From: Candidatus Latescibacterota bacterium
GTDB lineage: Bacteria; Latescibacterota; CBDEFO01
Assembly: GCA_965248755.1 (NCBI GenBank)
Contig: OZ252149.1
Location: 1,920,001-1,984,000, forward strand
Length of the DNA: 64,000 bases
Direction: 5' to 3'
Shown here: positions 10,822-21,025 of the stretch, piece after piece
Layout: every line of letters starts with the position of its first letter
Numbering within the stretch: position 1 is the first letter of the stretch
Made by a program: the position numbers and the translations under genes
The notes under the pieces: model-generated
What the model was told of the DNA's origin: nothing
Database searches by the model: none
The model's input: the letters and a program-made list of their open reading frames with translations, nothing else

Positions 10822-11008
10822 GGTCTGTCCCTTCAATATAGAATTAAGGCGTGCTCTTAAGTCAAGCTTGCAGACATCGTATTTTGCTGCGCTGTAGCTA
10901 ATGTGTATGGTGACAGGTTCTGATATACTTTCAGCAAATGATAACACAAATAGAAGAATAGCGCAAGGATTTTTCTGGGGGCTTCAAGATCCCAAATTCT
11001 TTTTGTTG

Positions 11009-11037
11009 TTGACTTCGACCATGCAATAGACTACCTT
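11009..11037 (+). promoter_or_regulatory. Sigma70-like promoter candidate
   Basis: TTGACT-17-TACCTT upstream of the nucleotide-sugar dehydrogenase. Confidence 0.4.
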
Positions 11038-11125
11038 TAAGGTGAGGAAAATGACGCCTTTTTCAGCGCAGGTTAAAGTCATAAACCCTTTGTAAGAAAT
11101 ATAATAGTGGGCGTCGGGGCACAAT

Positions 11126-11346
11126 AGCAAACAGTAGACAGCAAACAGGAAAGAGGCAGTCTAAATCAGATTGTCTCGCCCACGTCGCGGCCTGGTGGTA
11201 CCCCAGCAAAGCGGCCACGGCGCTGCGCCCCTTCGTTCTGACTACAAGACATGTCCCCGATTAAACCCCTGATTGACTCTATCGGGGGTTGGGGGCAGCG
11301 AAGCAATCTGGTGGGAGGGGAGACGCGGCCTGTCTACTGTCTACTC
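11126..11346. repeat. Inverted heptamer-repeat element (AGTAGAC...GTCTACT) enclosing nested 21-bp hairpins
   Basis: agcaaacagtagacagcaaacag at left, ctgtctactgtctact at right, ccctgattgactctatcgggg at 11267-11287. Confidence 0.7.
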
Positions 11347-11368
11347 ATTCAGTGTGGAGGCTAAATTT

Positions 11369-12670
11369 ATGGATCTGAAGGGCAAAATAGCGGACAGAAG
11401 TGCGAAGGTCTGCGTGATGGGTTTAGGATACGTCGGGCTTCCCCTGATCACGTCTTTTGCCAAAGCCGGTTTTTCGTGCGTGGGCATAGACATAGATGAA
11501 AAGAAGATTTCCAGCCTTTCTTCAGGCATAAGCCACATAAATAGCATCCCCGACGACCTCCTTTCGGAACTTACCTCGGACTGCAGGCTTAAATTCACCC
11601 GTGATACCTCCATCCTGAAAGAGTGCGAAGTCATATTCATATGCGTCCCCACCCCTTTAAACAAGACCAAAGACCCGGATATTTCCCATATACTGTCCGC
11701 CATCGGGAGCATAAAGGAGAATCTGAGGAAGGATCAGCTTATAGTCCTTGAGAGCACCACGTATCCCGGAACCACAGAGGAACTTGTGCTGACGGATCTG
11801 ACCCAGACAGATCTGGAAGTCGGCGTGGACTTTTTCCTGGCCTTCTCCCCTGAAAGGGAGGACCCCGGAAACAAGGACTACAACATATCCAACACTCCCA
11901 AACTCGTGGCTGGAGTCACCGATGCCTGCACAGAGATGGCCCGCACGGTCTATGAGCAGATCTTGGAGGAAATCGTGGTCGTCTCGTCCCCCAGGGTGGC
12001 AGAGATGGTAAAGTTACTTGAGAACACCTTCAGGAGCGTCAACATAGCCCTGGTCAACGAAGTGGCCCTGATGTGCGATACGCTCGGCATAGACGTGTGG
12101 GAGGTCATTGACGCAGCGGGAACCAAGCCCTTCGGTTTCATGAAGTTCTATCCCGGACCCGGATTGGGAGGACACTGCATCCCTGTGGATCCACATTACC
12201 TTTCGTGGAAGCTGAAGTCTATGAACTACTATGCAAGGTTCATACAGCTTGCCAGCGAGATCAACGCCGGAATGCCCACCTACGTGGTCACGAAGGTTAC
12301 AGACGCCCTCAACCAGGTGGGAAAAAGCGTAAAGGGCTCGAAGATTTTAGTGTTGGGCGTCGCCTACAAAAAGGACGTCTCGGACGTTAGAGAATCGCCC
12401 TCTCTGGATATAATAGAACTCTTGATAGCAAAGGGAGCCTGTGTATCCTACGCTGATCCCTTTGTGCCTGACGTGCAGTTGGACAGCGTCAGACTGAAAT
12501 CGGAGATCCTGCAAGACCTGATCACAAGCCGATACGACTGCGTAGTCATAGCCACCGACCATTCGACATTAGATTACAAAGCTATAGTCGAACACGCCCA
12601 ATTAGTAGTGGATACCAGAAACGTTACGAAGGGAATGGACCAATACAAAGAGAAGATCGTGAAGATATAA
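11369..12670 (+). CDS. UDP-N-acetylhexosamine/nucleotide-sugar 6-dehydrogenase (WbpA/WecC-like)
   Basis: GLGYVGLP, ICVPTP, ESTTYPGTT, KLLENTFR, GLGGHCIPVDP and DVRESP. Confidence 0.93.
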   Translation: MDLKGKIADRSAKVCVMGLGYVGLPLITSFAKAGFSCVGIDIDEKKISSLSSGISHINSIPDDLLSELTSDCRLKFTRDTSILKECEVIFICVPTPLNKTKDPDISHILSAIGSIKENLRKDQLIVLESTTYPGTTEELVLTDLTQTDLEVGVDFFLAFSPEREDPGNKDYNISNTPKLVAGVTDACTEMARTVYEQILEEIVVVSSPRVAEMVKLLENTFRSVNIALVNEVALMCDTLGIDVWEVIDAAGTKPFGFMKFYPGPGLGGHCIPVDPHYLSWKLKSMNYYARFIQLASEINAGMPTYVVTKVTDALNQVGKSVKGSKILVLGVAYKKDVSDVRESPSLDIIELLIAKGACVSYADPFVPDVQLDSVRLKSEILQDLITSRYDCVVIATDHSTLDYKAIVEHAQLVVDTRNVTKGMDQYKEKIVKI

Positions 12671-12744
12671 CTGGGGGCTTCCCTCCATGGATGAATGTAG
12701 GGGCGGGGTTGCCCTGTCCCCGCTGTCTTGGAGGACTGACTGAC

Positions 12745-12780
12745 AAGCCAAGATTCATTTTTTGACTCTCGGCTTTTTTT
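12745..12780 (+). terminator. Rho-independent terminator candidate
   Basis: Imperfect stem aagccaagattca...tgactctcggctt followed by a T run. Confidence 0.5.
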
Positions 12781-12898
12781 ATTGATTTTAATCGAAGAAT
12801 TTGCTACCCGGGATGTTGTGCGATTCTCGTACTTGATTCTCCGAGGTGGAAAAGAGAATATGGATGTCTATGTATCGTTATGAGTTCAAAAGGAAAAG

Positions 12899-13900
12899 AT
12901 GTCTAAGGATCTGACTAAACACAAGATTCAGTTGGCTGAGGAGTTGCTCGATGACGTCGAGCTTTCGCGCCTAAAGCCCGAACAGGTACTGCTCAAGGTC
13001 TCGCGGCTGGCTCGGCTGGTTGACGCTGATGAGATTAGCAAGTGGATTCGTTTCGAACTGAATGGCTTCCCTAGCGATGACTGCGTAGCCCTGAAATACA
13101 TGGACAAAACAGGCCGTTGGACTAATAAAAACAATATGCTAGGCTATTGGAAGTCCTTAGCAGAAATCAACGGTCACATCACGGCGACGGAACTACAGAT
13201 CCAGCGTTTGAGGGTCCCCGATATCAACTTTTCGCCCTCAAGTTCCAACCCGACTGAGATTGTAACTGGTGCATTCGGTAGCCACATCGATCAAGTCACG
13301 AACTCTGTATCAACCGTTCTTAACCAACTACAATCTCTTGCGAACACAATCACCAAACTAAACGGCATTCGATCTCGCGTTCTATCGGCACTCCATGATT
13401 TCGTTGCGTCGACTTACTACGAACTGGTTTTTAGCGGCCTCGCCGAATCCATCTTTGAAAAGCACAAGTCAATGATTGATGCACCCCTTCGCGACACTGC
13501 AGGTGACGCCCTTGACAAGATCCCCGCGATTTACGACAGACTGACTGCCGGGGACCGGGAGGCAGTGAGCCAAGCCCTCAATACTTGCCGCAGGTTGATC
13601 AGGTCGTTAGCGGATTCGGTGTATCCTCCGCAAGATGGTACGATCACCATCGATGGCGAAGAGTTCCAGCTCGGAGCGAATGCCTATCTGAACCGGATCA
13701 AAGCCTACCTACATGAACACTGCCCCAGTGATTCGCGACGCAAACGTCTTCACAAAACTATCCGATCTGTGAATGAACGCGCCTCCGCAGGGGTGCACGC
13801 GGATGTGACACTTGATGAGGCCAAGTCTCTATTTCTGCAAACATATCTGACGCTGGGGGAAATTCTTCTAGTAAAAACCGACACCGCGCACGACACATAA
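12899..13900 (+). CDS. AbiTii-domain protein (putative abortive-infection/defence-associated)
   Basis: N-terminus LLKVSRLARLVDADEISKWIRFELNGF resembles AbiTii; C-terminal SAGVHA helical domain. Confidence 0.65.
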   Translation: MSKDLTKHKIQLAEELLDDVELSRLKPEQVLLKVSRLARLVDADEISKWIRFELNGFPSDDCVALKYMDKTGRWTNKNNMLGYWKSLAEINGHITATELQIQRLRVPDINFSPSSSNPTEIVTGAFGSHIDQVTNSVSTVLNQLQSLANTITKLNGIRSRVLSALHDFVASTYYELVFSGLAESIFEKHKSMIDAPLRDTAGDALDKIPAIYDRLTAGDREAVSQALNTCRRLIRSLADSVYPPQDGTITIDGEEFQLGANAYLNRIKAYLHEHCPSDSRRKRLHKTIRSVNERASAGVHADVTLDEAKSLFLQTYLTLGEILLVKTDTAHDT

Positions 13901-13961
13901 CGGCACAAACGACTGACGCCCAAATTGCTTCGCAATTTCGTTTGTGCTGGGATCATTATTT
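13895..13961 (+). other. Degenerate attC-like hairpin
   Basis: ACATAAC overlaps the stop codon; ggcacaaacg/cgtttgtgc arms; inner aaattgc-ttc-gcaattt; R' decayed (ATTATTT). Confidence 0.4.
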
Positions 13962-13999
13962 GAAAATAGGCAACGCAGATGCCATAAGGAGATAATATC

Positions 14000-14135
14000 A
14001 CGATAAGCACCTATACCGCCAAGTATACAAGAATAAGCTCTGGCTATATAGGGCAGTTAGTAGAATGACCTGAGGTGATAACGGAGGGGACCACATTAGA
14101 AGAATGCAGGGACATCAGTGAGGGTGCTTTACGTG
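14000..14135 (+). pseudogene. HicB-family antitoxin pseudogene
   Basis: After AAGGAG RBS the frame reads (ACG)ISTYTAKYTRISSGYIGQLVE*PEVITEG, then EECRD after a frameshift; start codon lost, TGA at 14066 replaces the conserved W. Confidence 0.7.
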
Positions 14136-14169
14136 CAACGATCGGGTTCACCCACGATAGAACGACACC

Positions 14170-16599
14170 TCATTCTGTCTGCATATTTAGAATCTGAATT
14201 GCTGCCTTTACGATAGACTCAGTAGAAATACCGTAAGCATCGTAAAGCTCCTGATAGGATCCCGACTGACCGAATTCATCTACCCCTAAAGCGGCGACCC
14301 TTGTCCCCAGAGCTCCGCCTATGAAAGATAAGGTGTGCGAATGTCCGTCCATAACCGTAACCGCCGGAATGCCAGATTTCTGCTTAGCATCGGCTCCTGC
14401 GTCCGATGCCAGATGTTCCAAGTAGGAGCTCACTTTGGTCTTCGGGTTCTCGGCTCTTAGAGCGTTCGCCTCTCTGTAGCCGCGATACAGAAGATCCGGG
14501 CTCGTTACGACGATAACGTTGGCAAAGATGCCCTCCTGGCTCAAAAGGCGGCTCGCCTCGACGGCTTCGGGAACCATAACGCCTACAGCGAATATGTTTA
14601 CCGCATTCTGGCCTACTCGGTAGTCCGGCTCAAGTGAGTGGTCTATCAGCCGATATCCGCCTTTGAGGACTCTATCTTTCAAAGATCCATCGCTGTCCCC
14701 GGGGAATAGATCCTGGGGAATCGGCTTTGTGGAGAGTCTCAGATAGACGCTCTTCCCGTGTTCCCGATCCAGAAGGTTCCGCAGAGCCGTAAGAAATATC
14801 CACTGCAACTCTTTGGCAAACGCTGGCTCGTAGTAAACCACGTTGGGCATTTGAAGTCCGATTCCAGGAACGATGATAGACTGATGTGCTCCGCCCTCAG
14901 AGCCGAGAGAAACTCCCGAAGGTGTCCCGATAAAGATAAACTTAGACTTACAATAGACCGCATATACCAGGGCATCCAGCCCTCTGGAGATAAAAGTGTC
15001 GTATATAGTCCCCACAGGCAGCAGCGTCTGGCCGGTGAATTCCCCTGAGAGCCCGAGCATGGACAATAGCAGAAAGAAATTGTTCTCCGAGATCCCAAGT
15101 TCGATGTGGCGTCCCGAGGGCTTCTGCTTCCAATCCATTACGCTTGGAATCTCATACTCCTCAAAGTAACTCTTCATCTGTGTTCTGGAGTACATTCCAT
15201 GCTTGTTGATCCACCCTCCTAAATGAGTCGAGACAGCCACATCGGGAGAAGTGGTCACCATAAAGGGCGCCACCTCTTCGTCTGAGCTCAACCTCCATAG
15301 AATCCGTCCCAACGCCTCCTGCGTCGATATATTGCTCTTAAAATTAACGTCGATATCCTCGGGGATCCTTATGGAAGTTTCCCCAGAGGGCTGAGTTCTT
15401 GTCCGGGATAGAGCCTCCACCGACTCGCGAATATACTTATCTTCCCTGCTATCGGGAGGAAAAGTGGAGAACTCCTTGCCATTTTCTATACCTAATTTTT
15501 CTCTGAGATTCTCTATCTGCTCAGACGTCATCTGCTGAGAGTGATTCAAAGGGTCGCCCGCCAGCGGAAGTCCCCATCCCTTGATGGTGTAAGCCATAAT
15601 CATCACAGGCTGATCCTCAAATCTCTCCGCCTCCTGGAAGGCTTCGATGATCTTTGCAAGATCGTGTCCCCCAAGGTCCGCCAGAAGCTCCCAGATCCCT
15701 TCATCAGAATAGGGCCTTAAGAGCCGCTCCAGATCCTCGTCTTTTGTATCCCAATAAGTCAAAAGCCTTTCCCTTATCTCTCCTCCCTTCAAAAACAGGA
15801 GGCTTTGATACTGGGAATTGCCCATATCGTCTATGACTCTTCTGAGCTTTTCCCCGTTCGGCTGGCTGTAGACCCCCTCTAATTTTGAGCCGTACTTAAG
15901 GTCTATTACGTGCCATCCATTGATCTTGAAGAGTTGTCTGAACTTTTGCGCTTTTCCGTCGGGGACGACTCTGTCGAGGCTCTGTCTGTTCAGATCCACA
16001 ATCCACAGCAGTTTACCGAGCTTTTCCAGATTCTCCTCCTCCAAGGCCTCCCACACGCTCCCCTCGTCCAGTTCTGCGTCCCCCACAATAGAGATGTAGC
16101 GATTGTAGGGTCCTCCGTCAAAGTGATCTATCACGTAATCTCTGGTAAGAGCGGCAAAGTTAGGAGCCACTGCACCCATTCCCACAGAACCGGTGGAGAA
16201 ATCCACGTTGTCGGGATCCTTAGTCCTGCTGGGATAGGACTGCAACCCTTCAAACTGCCTGAACTCCTTCAGCCTTTCAAAGGGTATTACGCCCCTTAGA
16301 GCCTGAATGGCGTGAAAGACTGGCGATGCGTGAGGCTTTACGGCTACATAATCTCCAGACCTGAGAGCGTAGAAATAGAGGACAGTCATAACGCTCGCCA
16401 ACGATGTGCAACTTGCCTGATGCCCTCCGACCTTGACGCCGTCCTTGCTCTTACGGATGGAATTGGCATAGTGGATCATGTAGGTAGAAAGCCACAAGAC
16501 CCTCTTTTGTATTCGATCCAGAATCTCCAGGTGGCCGTCCAACCCTAAAGTGCTCCTCTGGCTATCCTTTTGAACGAAAGTATTAGATGCAGCGGACAT
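14170..16599 (-). CDS. Pyruvate dehydrogenase E1-like (AceE-type/transketolase-family) TPP enzyme
   Basis: KVGGHQAS, FSTGSVG, GDAELDEG, LNRQSLD, HIELGISE, EGGAHQS and LGVDEFGQSG. Confidence 0.88.
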   Translation of the reverse strand: MSAASNTFVQKDSQRSTLGLDGHLEILDRIQKRVLWLSTYMIHYANSIRKSKDGVKVGGHQASCTSLASVMTVLYFYALRSGDYVAVKPHASPVFHAIQALRGVIPFERLKEFRQFEGLQSYPSRTKDPDNVDFSTGSVGMGAVAPNFAALTRDYVIDHFDGGPYNRYISIVGDAELDEGSVWEALEEENLEKLGKLLWIVDLNRQSLDRVVPDGKAQKFRQLFKINGWHVIDLKYGSKLEGVYSQPNGEKLRRVIDDMGNSQYQSLLFLKGGEIRERLLTYWDTKDEDLERLLRPYSDEGIWELLADLGGHDLAKIIEAFQEAERFEDQPVMIMAYTIKGWGLPLAGDPLNHSQQMTSEQIENLREKLGIENGKEFSTFPPDSREDKYIRESVEALSRTRTQPSGETSIRIPEDIDVNFKSNISTQEALGRILWRLSSDEEVAPFMVTTSPDVAVSTHLGGWINKHGMYSRTQMKSYFEEYEIPSVMDWKQKPSGRHIELGISENNFFLLLSMLGLSGEFTGQTLLPVGTIYDTFISRGLDALVYAVYCKSKFIFIGTPSGVSLGSEGGAHQSIIVPGIGLQMPNVVYYEPAFAKELQWIFLTALRNLLDREHGKSVYLRLSTKPIPQDLFPGDSDGSLKDRVLKGGYRLIDHSLEPDYRVGQNAVNIFAVGVMVPEAVEASRLLSQEGIFANVIVVTSPDLLYRGYREANALRAENPKTKVSSYLEHLASDAGADAKQKSGIPAVTVMDGHSHTLSFIGGALGTRVAALGVDEFGQSGSYQELYDAYGISTESIVKAAIQILNMQTE

Positions 16600-16676
16600 A
16601 GTAAGATCCCCTACTTTGTTTGCCATCTGAAGGGACAGAGCGGTGTGTCTGCCCCCAATATTCGGTCGAACCGCTT

Positions 16677-16713
16677 CCCCGAATTGAGCCCCCGATCTAA
16701 TCGGGGGTCGGGG
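16677..16713. repeat. Nested CCCCGA...TCGGGG hairpins
   Basis: ccccgaattgagc[ccccgatctaatcgggg]gtcgggg. Confidence 0.7.
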
Positions 16714-17079
16714 ACGGCTTGCTGCCCACTCCTCATCTACCCTACCCACTTCCTAGCTTGTTGCCACATCCCCTCTTCCACCATACAGGGGGAAAGGCCT
16801 TACATGATACCTCTAAAAAAGAATTCAAAGAATTCAATTGCCATAATATACTAAGAATATGCTGACACTACAAGGTTTAATTTTCCATGAATGCGATTTA
16901 CGATCTTTAGTCGTATGGCGGGAAATCTTTGTCCTGCACAAGTACTTTCTCCTTGATTGTCATCCTGACATTTTGTTATATTAGTGTCCTTAAACGCAAT
17001 TCACTTCTTGACCGAAAATATACTATGAATCATATCTTTCCAAAGAGTTCCTCGATACTCCCGTCAAGGACAATGTCAA

Positions 17080-19230
17080 ATGGATGAGGCAAATACTAAG
17101 ACAAGAAATCCAGAACTTGCTGAAGACGAGTCAAGGTCTCCCTCCAGCTACACGTTGAAGGCCTTTCTTATCGGCGCGTTCTTCTCCTTTTTCCTCTCCA
17201 TCGGAGGCCCTTACGGAAACATGGCCATAAGGGGCTCTTATATGACTCTGGACTTCAGCACGCCCGGGGCACTGTTCTTGTTTTTCTTTCTGGCAGGTGT
17301 CCTCAACGTCGTATTGAAGCTTGCAGGAAGAGCGCTTCTTCCATCCCTGTTATTCTTAGCTGTTGTGGCGCTCCCCTGCGTGACCAAAGTTACCGATCCG
17401 TCTTTCCAGTTTGAGCTGGCCTCACCGGGAGTCATATTCTCAATCTTTATCCTCCTTTTAGCCTCTGTCAACGTCATCTTTGCATCTTTGGGGAAGAGCT
17501 TGAGCCTTAATCGGGGAGAGCTTTTAGTCGTCTATGTCATGATGATCGTAGCGTCCGCCATACCCACGATGGGCAACTCAGAGTACCTGCTGCCGATTAT
17601 TACGGCCGTCTTTTACTATGCCTCGCCCGAGAACGAATGGAGTTACTTCATTCACCCCCATATACCCGATTGGATAGCGCCGCGAGACCCCCACGTCATT
17701 GAATACTTCTACGAGGGTCTGCCGGAAGGAGTGGCGATCCCCTGGTCTGACTGGGCTTTGCCCCTTATGTACTGGATAGCTTTTCTTTTTGCCCTCTATA
17801 TTGTTATGATATGCACGATGGTGATTGTACGGGGGCAGTGGGTCGAAAGGGAAAGATTGATATATCCCCTGGTTCAGGTGCCTCTGGAGATGGTCAGAAA
17901 CGAGTCAGGCTCGCTCTTGAATCCGTTCTTCAAGAGTCCCGTTATGTGGGCGGGTTTTGCAATCCCGGCAATAATAAGCACTCTAAATGCTCTGCATAGA
18001 TATTACAGCTTTATCCCCAGCCTGAACCTGACAAGTTACATGTCCCTGTTTCGCAACGCTGTGGACTTCCGCTTCAGATTGAGCTTTCCGATGATCGGCT
18101 TTTCCTATCTTATCAATCTGGACATAGCCTTTTCCCTCTGGTTTTTCAATATTCTCTCAAATATTCAAAAGGGGGTATTCAGAGTCATAGGCGTTTACAG
18201 CACGGAGAATCTGGGTATATACGGCGCTGGCGGGGTGGATCCTATCCTGGCTCATCAGGGTATGGGAGCGATTATGGTCCTGGTTATATCGGGGCTCTGG
18301 ATCGGCAGGGAACACCTCAAAAATGTCTTCTCAAAGGCTTTCGGGAGAGGAAACGATGTGGACGATTCGGGGGAGATGCTCTCCTACCGAAGTGCAGTCT
18401 TCGGGACGATAGGGGGGCTGGCATTTATGACATTCTGGCTGAACGCCTCCGGTCTGCCGCTCTGGATCGCAATTCTGTTCCTGTTCGGGGCCTTTCTGAT
18501 ATTCCTCGGATTGACCCGGATCGTGGTCGAAAGCGGAGTCGCCGAAGCGGTGGCTTCTACTATATCCTCCTCATTTGTTGTGTCCGGAATAGGGTCTTCT
18601 GCACTCGGCCCTGTCGGGATGACAGCCTTAGCCTTCACTTACGTCTGGTCGGCGGACATAAGGACGTTCGTTATGGCCTCCTCTGCCAACGGTCTGAAGT
18701 TAGCTGAGGAGATAGGGAAAAATAAGAAGCCCCTCTTCTGGGCTATGATGCTGTCTATCGTCGTCAGTCTGTTAGGCTCGATCTGGATGATAATGGAACT
18801 TTCTTATAGAGAAGGAGGCATCAACCTGAACGGGTGGTTCTTCGGCCGCGGCGCCTGGGAGCCGTTCAGCTTTATTCAGAGCTATGTTAGCAGTCCTACT
18901 ACTCCCAATTGGGGAGGCTGGATCCATACAGGAGTCGGAGCCTTTATTATGGGCCTCCTTATGACCGTTCGACGCCGCTTCTTAGCGCTGCCCTTTCATC
19001 CTATCGGGTACCCCATAGGCGCGGTGTGGCTGATGGATCATGTATGGTTCAGCATCTTTTTAGCGTGGCTTCTGAAGGCTCTGATTTTGAAATACGGGGG
19101 AATTAGATGGTACAGAGGCACCCGCCCCTTCTTCTTAGGTCTGATTTTAGGGCAGTTTGTGATAGCGGGCATTTGGCTCATTATAGACTATCTTACTGGA
19201 ATGACTGGCAACGTGGTGTTCTGGATATAG
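17080..19230 (+). CDS. DUF6785/DUF6784-like multi-pass membrane protein (putative transporter)
   Basis: ELLVVYVMM, QWVERERLIYPL, LTRIVVESG, PFHPIGY and KYGG...PFFLGLILG; many TM helices. Confidence 0.75.
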   Translation: MDEANTKTRNPELAEDESRSPSSYTLKAFLIGAFFSFFLSIGGPYGNMAIRGSYMTLDFSTPGALFLFFFLAGVLNVVLKLAGRALLPSLLFLAVVALPCVTKVTDPSFQFELASPGVIFSIFILLLASVNVIFASLGKSLSLNRGELLVVYVMMIVASAIPTMGNSEYLLPIITAVFYYASPENEWSYFIHPHIPDWIAPRDPHVIEYFYEGLPEGVAIPWSDWALPLMYWIAFLFALYIVMICTMVIVRGQWVERERLIYPLVQVPLEMVRNESGSLLNPFFKSPVMWAGFAIPAIISTLNALHRYYSFIPSLNLTSYMSLFRNAVDFRFRLSFPMIGFSYLINLDIAFSLWFFNILSNIQKGVFRVIGVYSTENLGIYGAGGVDPILAHQGMGAIMVLVISGLWIGREHLKNVFSKAFGRGNDVDDSGEMLSYRSAVFGTIGGLAFMTFWLNASGLPLWIAILFLFGAFLIFLGLTRIVVESGVAEAVASTISSSFVVSGIGSSALGPVGMTALAFTYVWSADIRTFVMASSANGLKLAEEIGKNKKPLFWAMMLSIVVSLLGSIWMIMELSYREGGINLNGWFFGRGAWEPFSFIQSYVSSPTTPNWGGWIHTGVGAFIMGLLMTVRRRFLALPFHPIGYPIGAVWLMDHVWFSIFLAWLLKALILKYGGIRWYRGTRPFFLGLILGQFVIAGIWLIIDYLTGMTGNVVFWI

Positions 19231-19245
19231 GAACCACAAATAAGC

Positions 19246-19410
19246 AGTCAGTAGACAGGGAATCGCCTTTCCTCCAAGCCCTCATTGCGCAAGCCGTCAT
19301 TGAGAGGGGCTTCATCCCTCTTGGTCATTGGAGAGGGGCTTCAGCCCGAATGATTCTATCGGGTCTTCATCCCGAAGCAATCCCCGACCCCCGATACAGT
19401 CAATCGGCGA
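19246..19410. repeat. Intergenic repeat cluster (heptamer arm, GTCATT..GAGGGGCTTCA..CCCGAAGCAATC and two 21-bp hairpin variants)
   Basis: Shares sequence with 833-986; hairpins at 19344-19364 and 19389-19409. Confidence 0.75.
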
Positions 19411-19488
19411 CCACTCGCCCGAGGGCATTCCTTCCCCAGTGCTGTTACTGTATGCTTTCTATCCGGTCCAACATCAGAGAGGAGATAC

Positions 19489-20955
19489 ATGAATAATAGA
19501 CGTCTGCTGTTTTACAACGATGGCCGTCACGAGTACATGTACTGCTACGACCCGCCCATGCGCATCGAAGACGCCTGGGCTCCTGTAGACGAGATAGCGG
19601 GGACGGCCGTGGATACGCTGGTGCTTGGCTTCGGTGTAGGTTCCAGTGTGTTCCACAATACCCAGGTCGGAGAGATCTGGGGAAAGCGTCTGGACGTGCT
19701 GCCGCTGGTGCATGACTGGCGTGCCTACGAAAATATTATGAGCCTGATAGACCGAGGCCTGGATCCGCTCACGCTGCTGATCGATCGGGCGCACGAAAAG
19801 GGGCTGGAGTTTTTCGGAAGCCTGCGGCTCGCCCAGGGCGGTGACCCTCGGGAGGTTGACATTCCTGATATCTCCCAGTTTGCGATCGACCACCCTGAGT
19901 TATGCCTGAAGGGAAGGGGAAAGTATAATTTTAACTTCGTATATCCGGAGGTGAGGGCCGAGCGTTTCGCCCTCATTGAGGAGACGGTCAACCGCTACGA
20001 TGTGGATGGCTTCGAGCTGGACTGGGTCTTCAACCCCATCTACATTGAAGATGAAGAAGTAGAACAGAATACGCCTATCCTGACCGAATATATGCGTGAG
20101 ATCCGGCAGACGGTTGAAAAGGCCGCCCGGAATCGTGGCCGGCCCATCGCGCTGGGTGCGAGGGTGCTGCCGGTCCTCTCTGGCAACCTGGCTGCCGGCC
20201 TGGATGTGCCGACCTGGATAAGAGAGGGACTGCTGGATTTCGTGGCGCCCAACTTCTACATAGACCATCAGATGGACTCGGATAACCCATTTGAGTGGCT
20301 CGTAGATCTGGCGCGGCCGACAGAATGTCAGGTCTATCCCCCGCTCCAGTACCGCGTCGAGAGCGCCGGGGAATGTGCGGCGAGTGTCGAACACTACCGG
20401 GCAGGGGCAGCGTCATACTGGGACAGGGGCGCCGACGGTATATACGTGCCCTGGTTCAACTGGCCTATCGGCGCCGAGCAGAGGCAGATCCTCTCCGAGA
20501 TCCACGATCCTGATCTCCTGACGGAGAAGACAAAGCATTACGTGGTAAGATGTCTTCACGAGGAAGCCGCCAGATACGGCTATACGGCCCAGTTGCCTTT
20601 GGAATTGACCGTGGGCATGGACGCCCCGGGACAGACGGTGAAGTTTTTCGTTGCGGATGATCTTGAGAGGGCGTATGCGTGCCTGAAGCTGCGGCTTATG
20701 GGTTCGACTGCGCTGGATTCTATGACTGTTAGCCTGAACGGCAAGCCGGTGCCTCCAGAGTTGTGCCGGCGGACAGAGCACCGCTACTTCTACACATGGC
20801 TGGAGTATTCGCTTCCGCGGGGGCTGCTGCACAGAGGCCACAACGAGCTGGGGGTTGCACTGCACACTCGGCCGAACAACCTGAAAGCTCATGTCAGTTT
20901 AGAGAGCGTTGAGCTGGTTGTGACGTATCCGGAAGTAAAGAGGGGCGAGCTTTAG
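19489..20955 (+). CDS. GHL10/DUF187-like TIM-barrel glycoside hydrolase-like protein
   Basis: YNDG, AHEKGLEFFGSLR, YDVDGFELDW, GADGIYVPWFNW and a C-terminal beta-sandwich. Confidence 0.7.
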   Translation: MNNRRLLFYNDGRHEYMYCYDPPMRIEDAWAPVDEIAGTAVDTLVLGFGVGSSVFHNTQVGEIWGKRLDVLPLVHDWRAYENIMSLIDRGLDPLTLLIDRAHEKGLEFFGSLRLAQGGDPREVDIPDISQFAIDHPELCLKGRGKYNFNFVYPEVRAERFALIEETVNRYDVDGFELDWVFNPIYIEDEEVEQNTPILTEYMREIRQTVEKAARNRGRPIALGARVLPVLSGNLAAGLDVPTWIREGLLDFVAPNFYIDHQMDSDNPFEWLVDLARPTECQVYPPLQYRVESAGECAASVEHYRAGAASYWDRGADGIYVPWFNWPIGAEQRQILSEIHDPDLLTEKTKHYVVRCLHEEAARYGYTAQLPLELTVGMDAPGQTVKFFVADDLERAYACLKLRLMGSTALDSMTVSLNGKPVPPELCRRTEHRYFYTWLEYSLPRGLLHRGHNELGVALHTRPNNLKAHVSLESVELVVTYPEVKRGEL

Positions 20956-21025
20956 GGGAACGGAATAAGGAAGTTATCTCCTCAAGATAAGCTTACTCAT
21001 CTGAAACGATTCATCTGCCGAAATA

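Noticed and set aside
11273..11368. N-terminal extensions of ORFs 11273, 16749, 10947, 7126 and 46735
   Set aside because: They run through repeats or intergenic DNA; downstream starts match family N-termini, mostly with a clear RBS.
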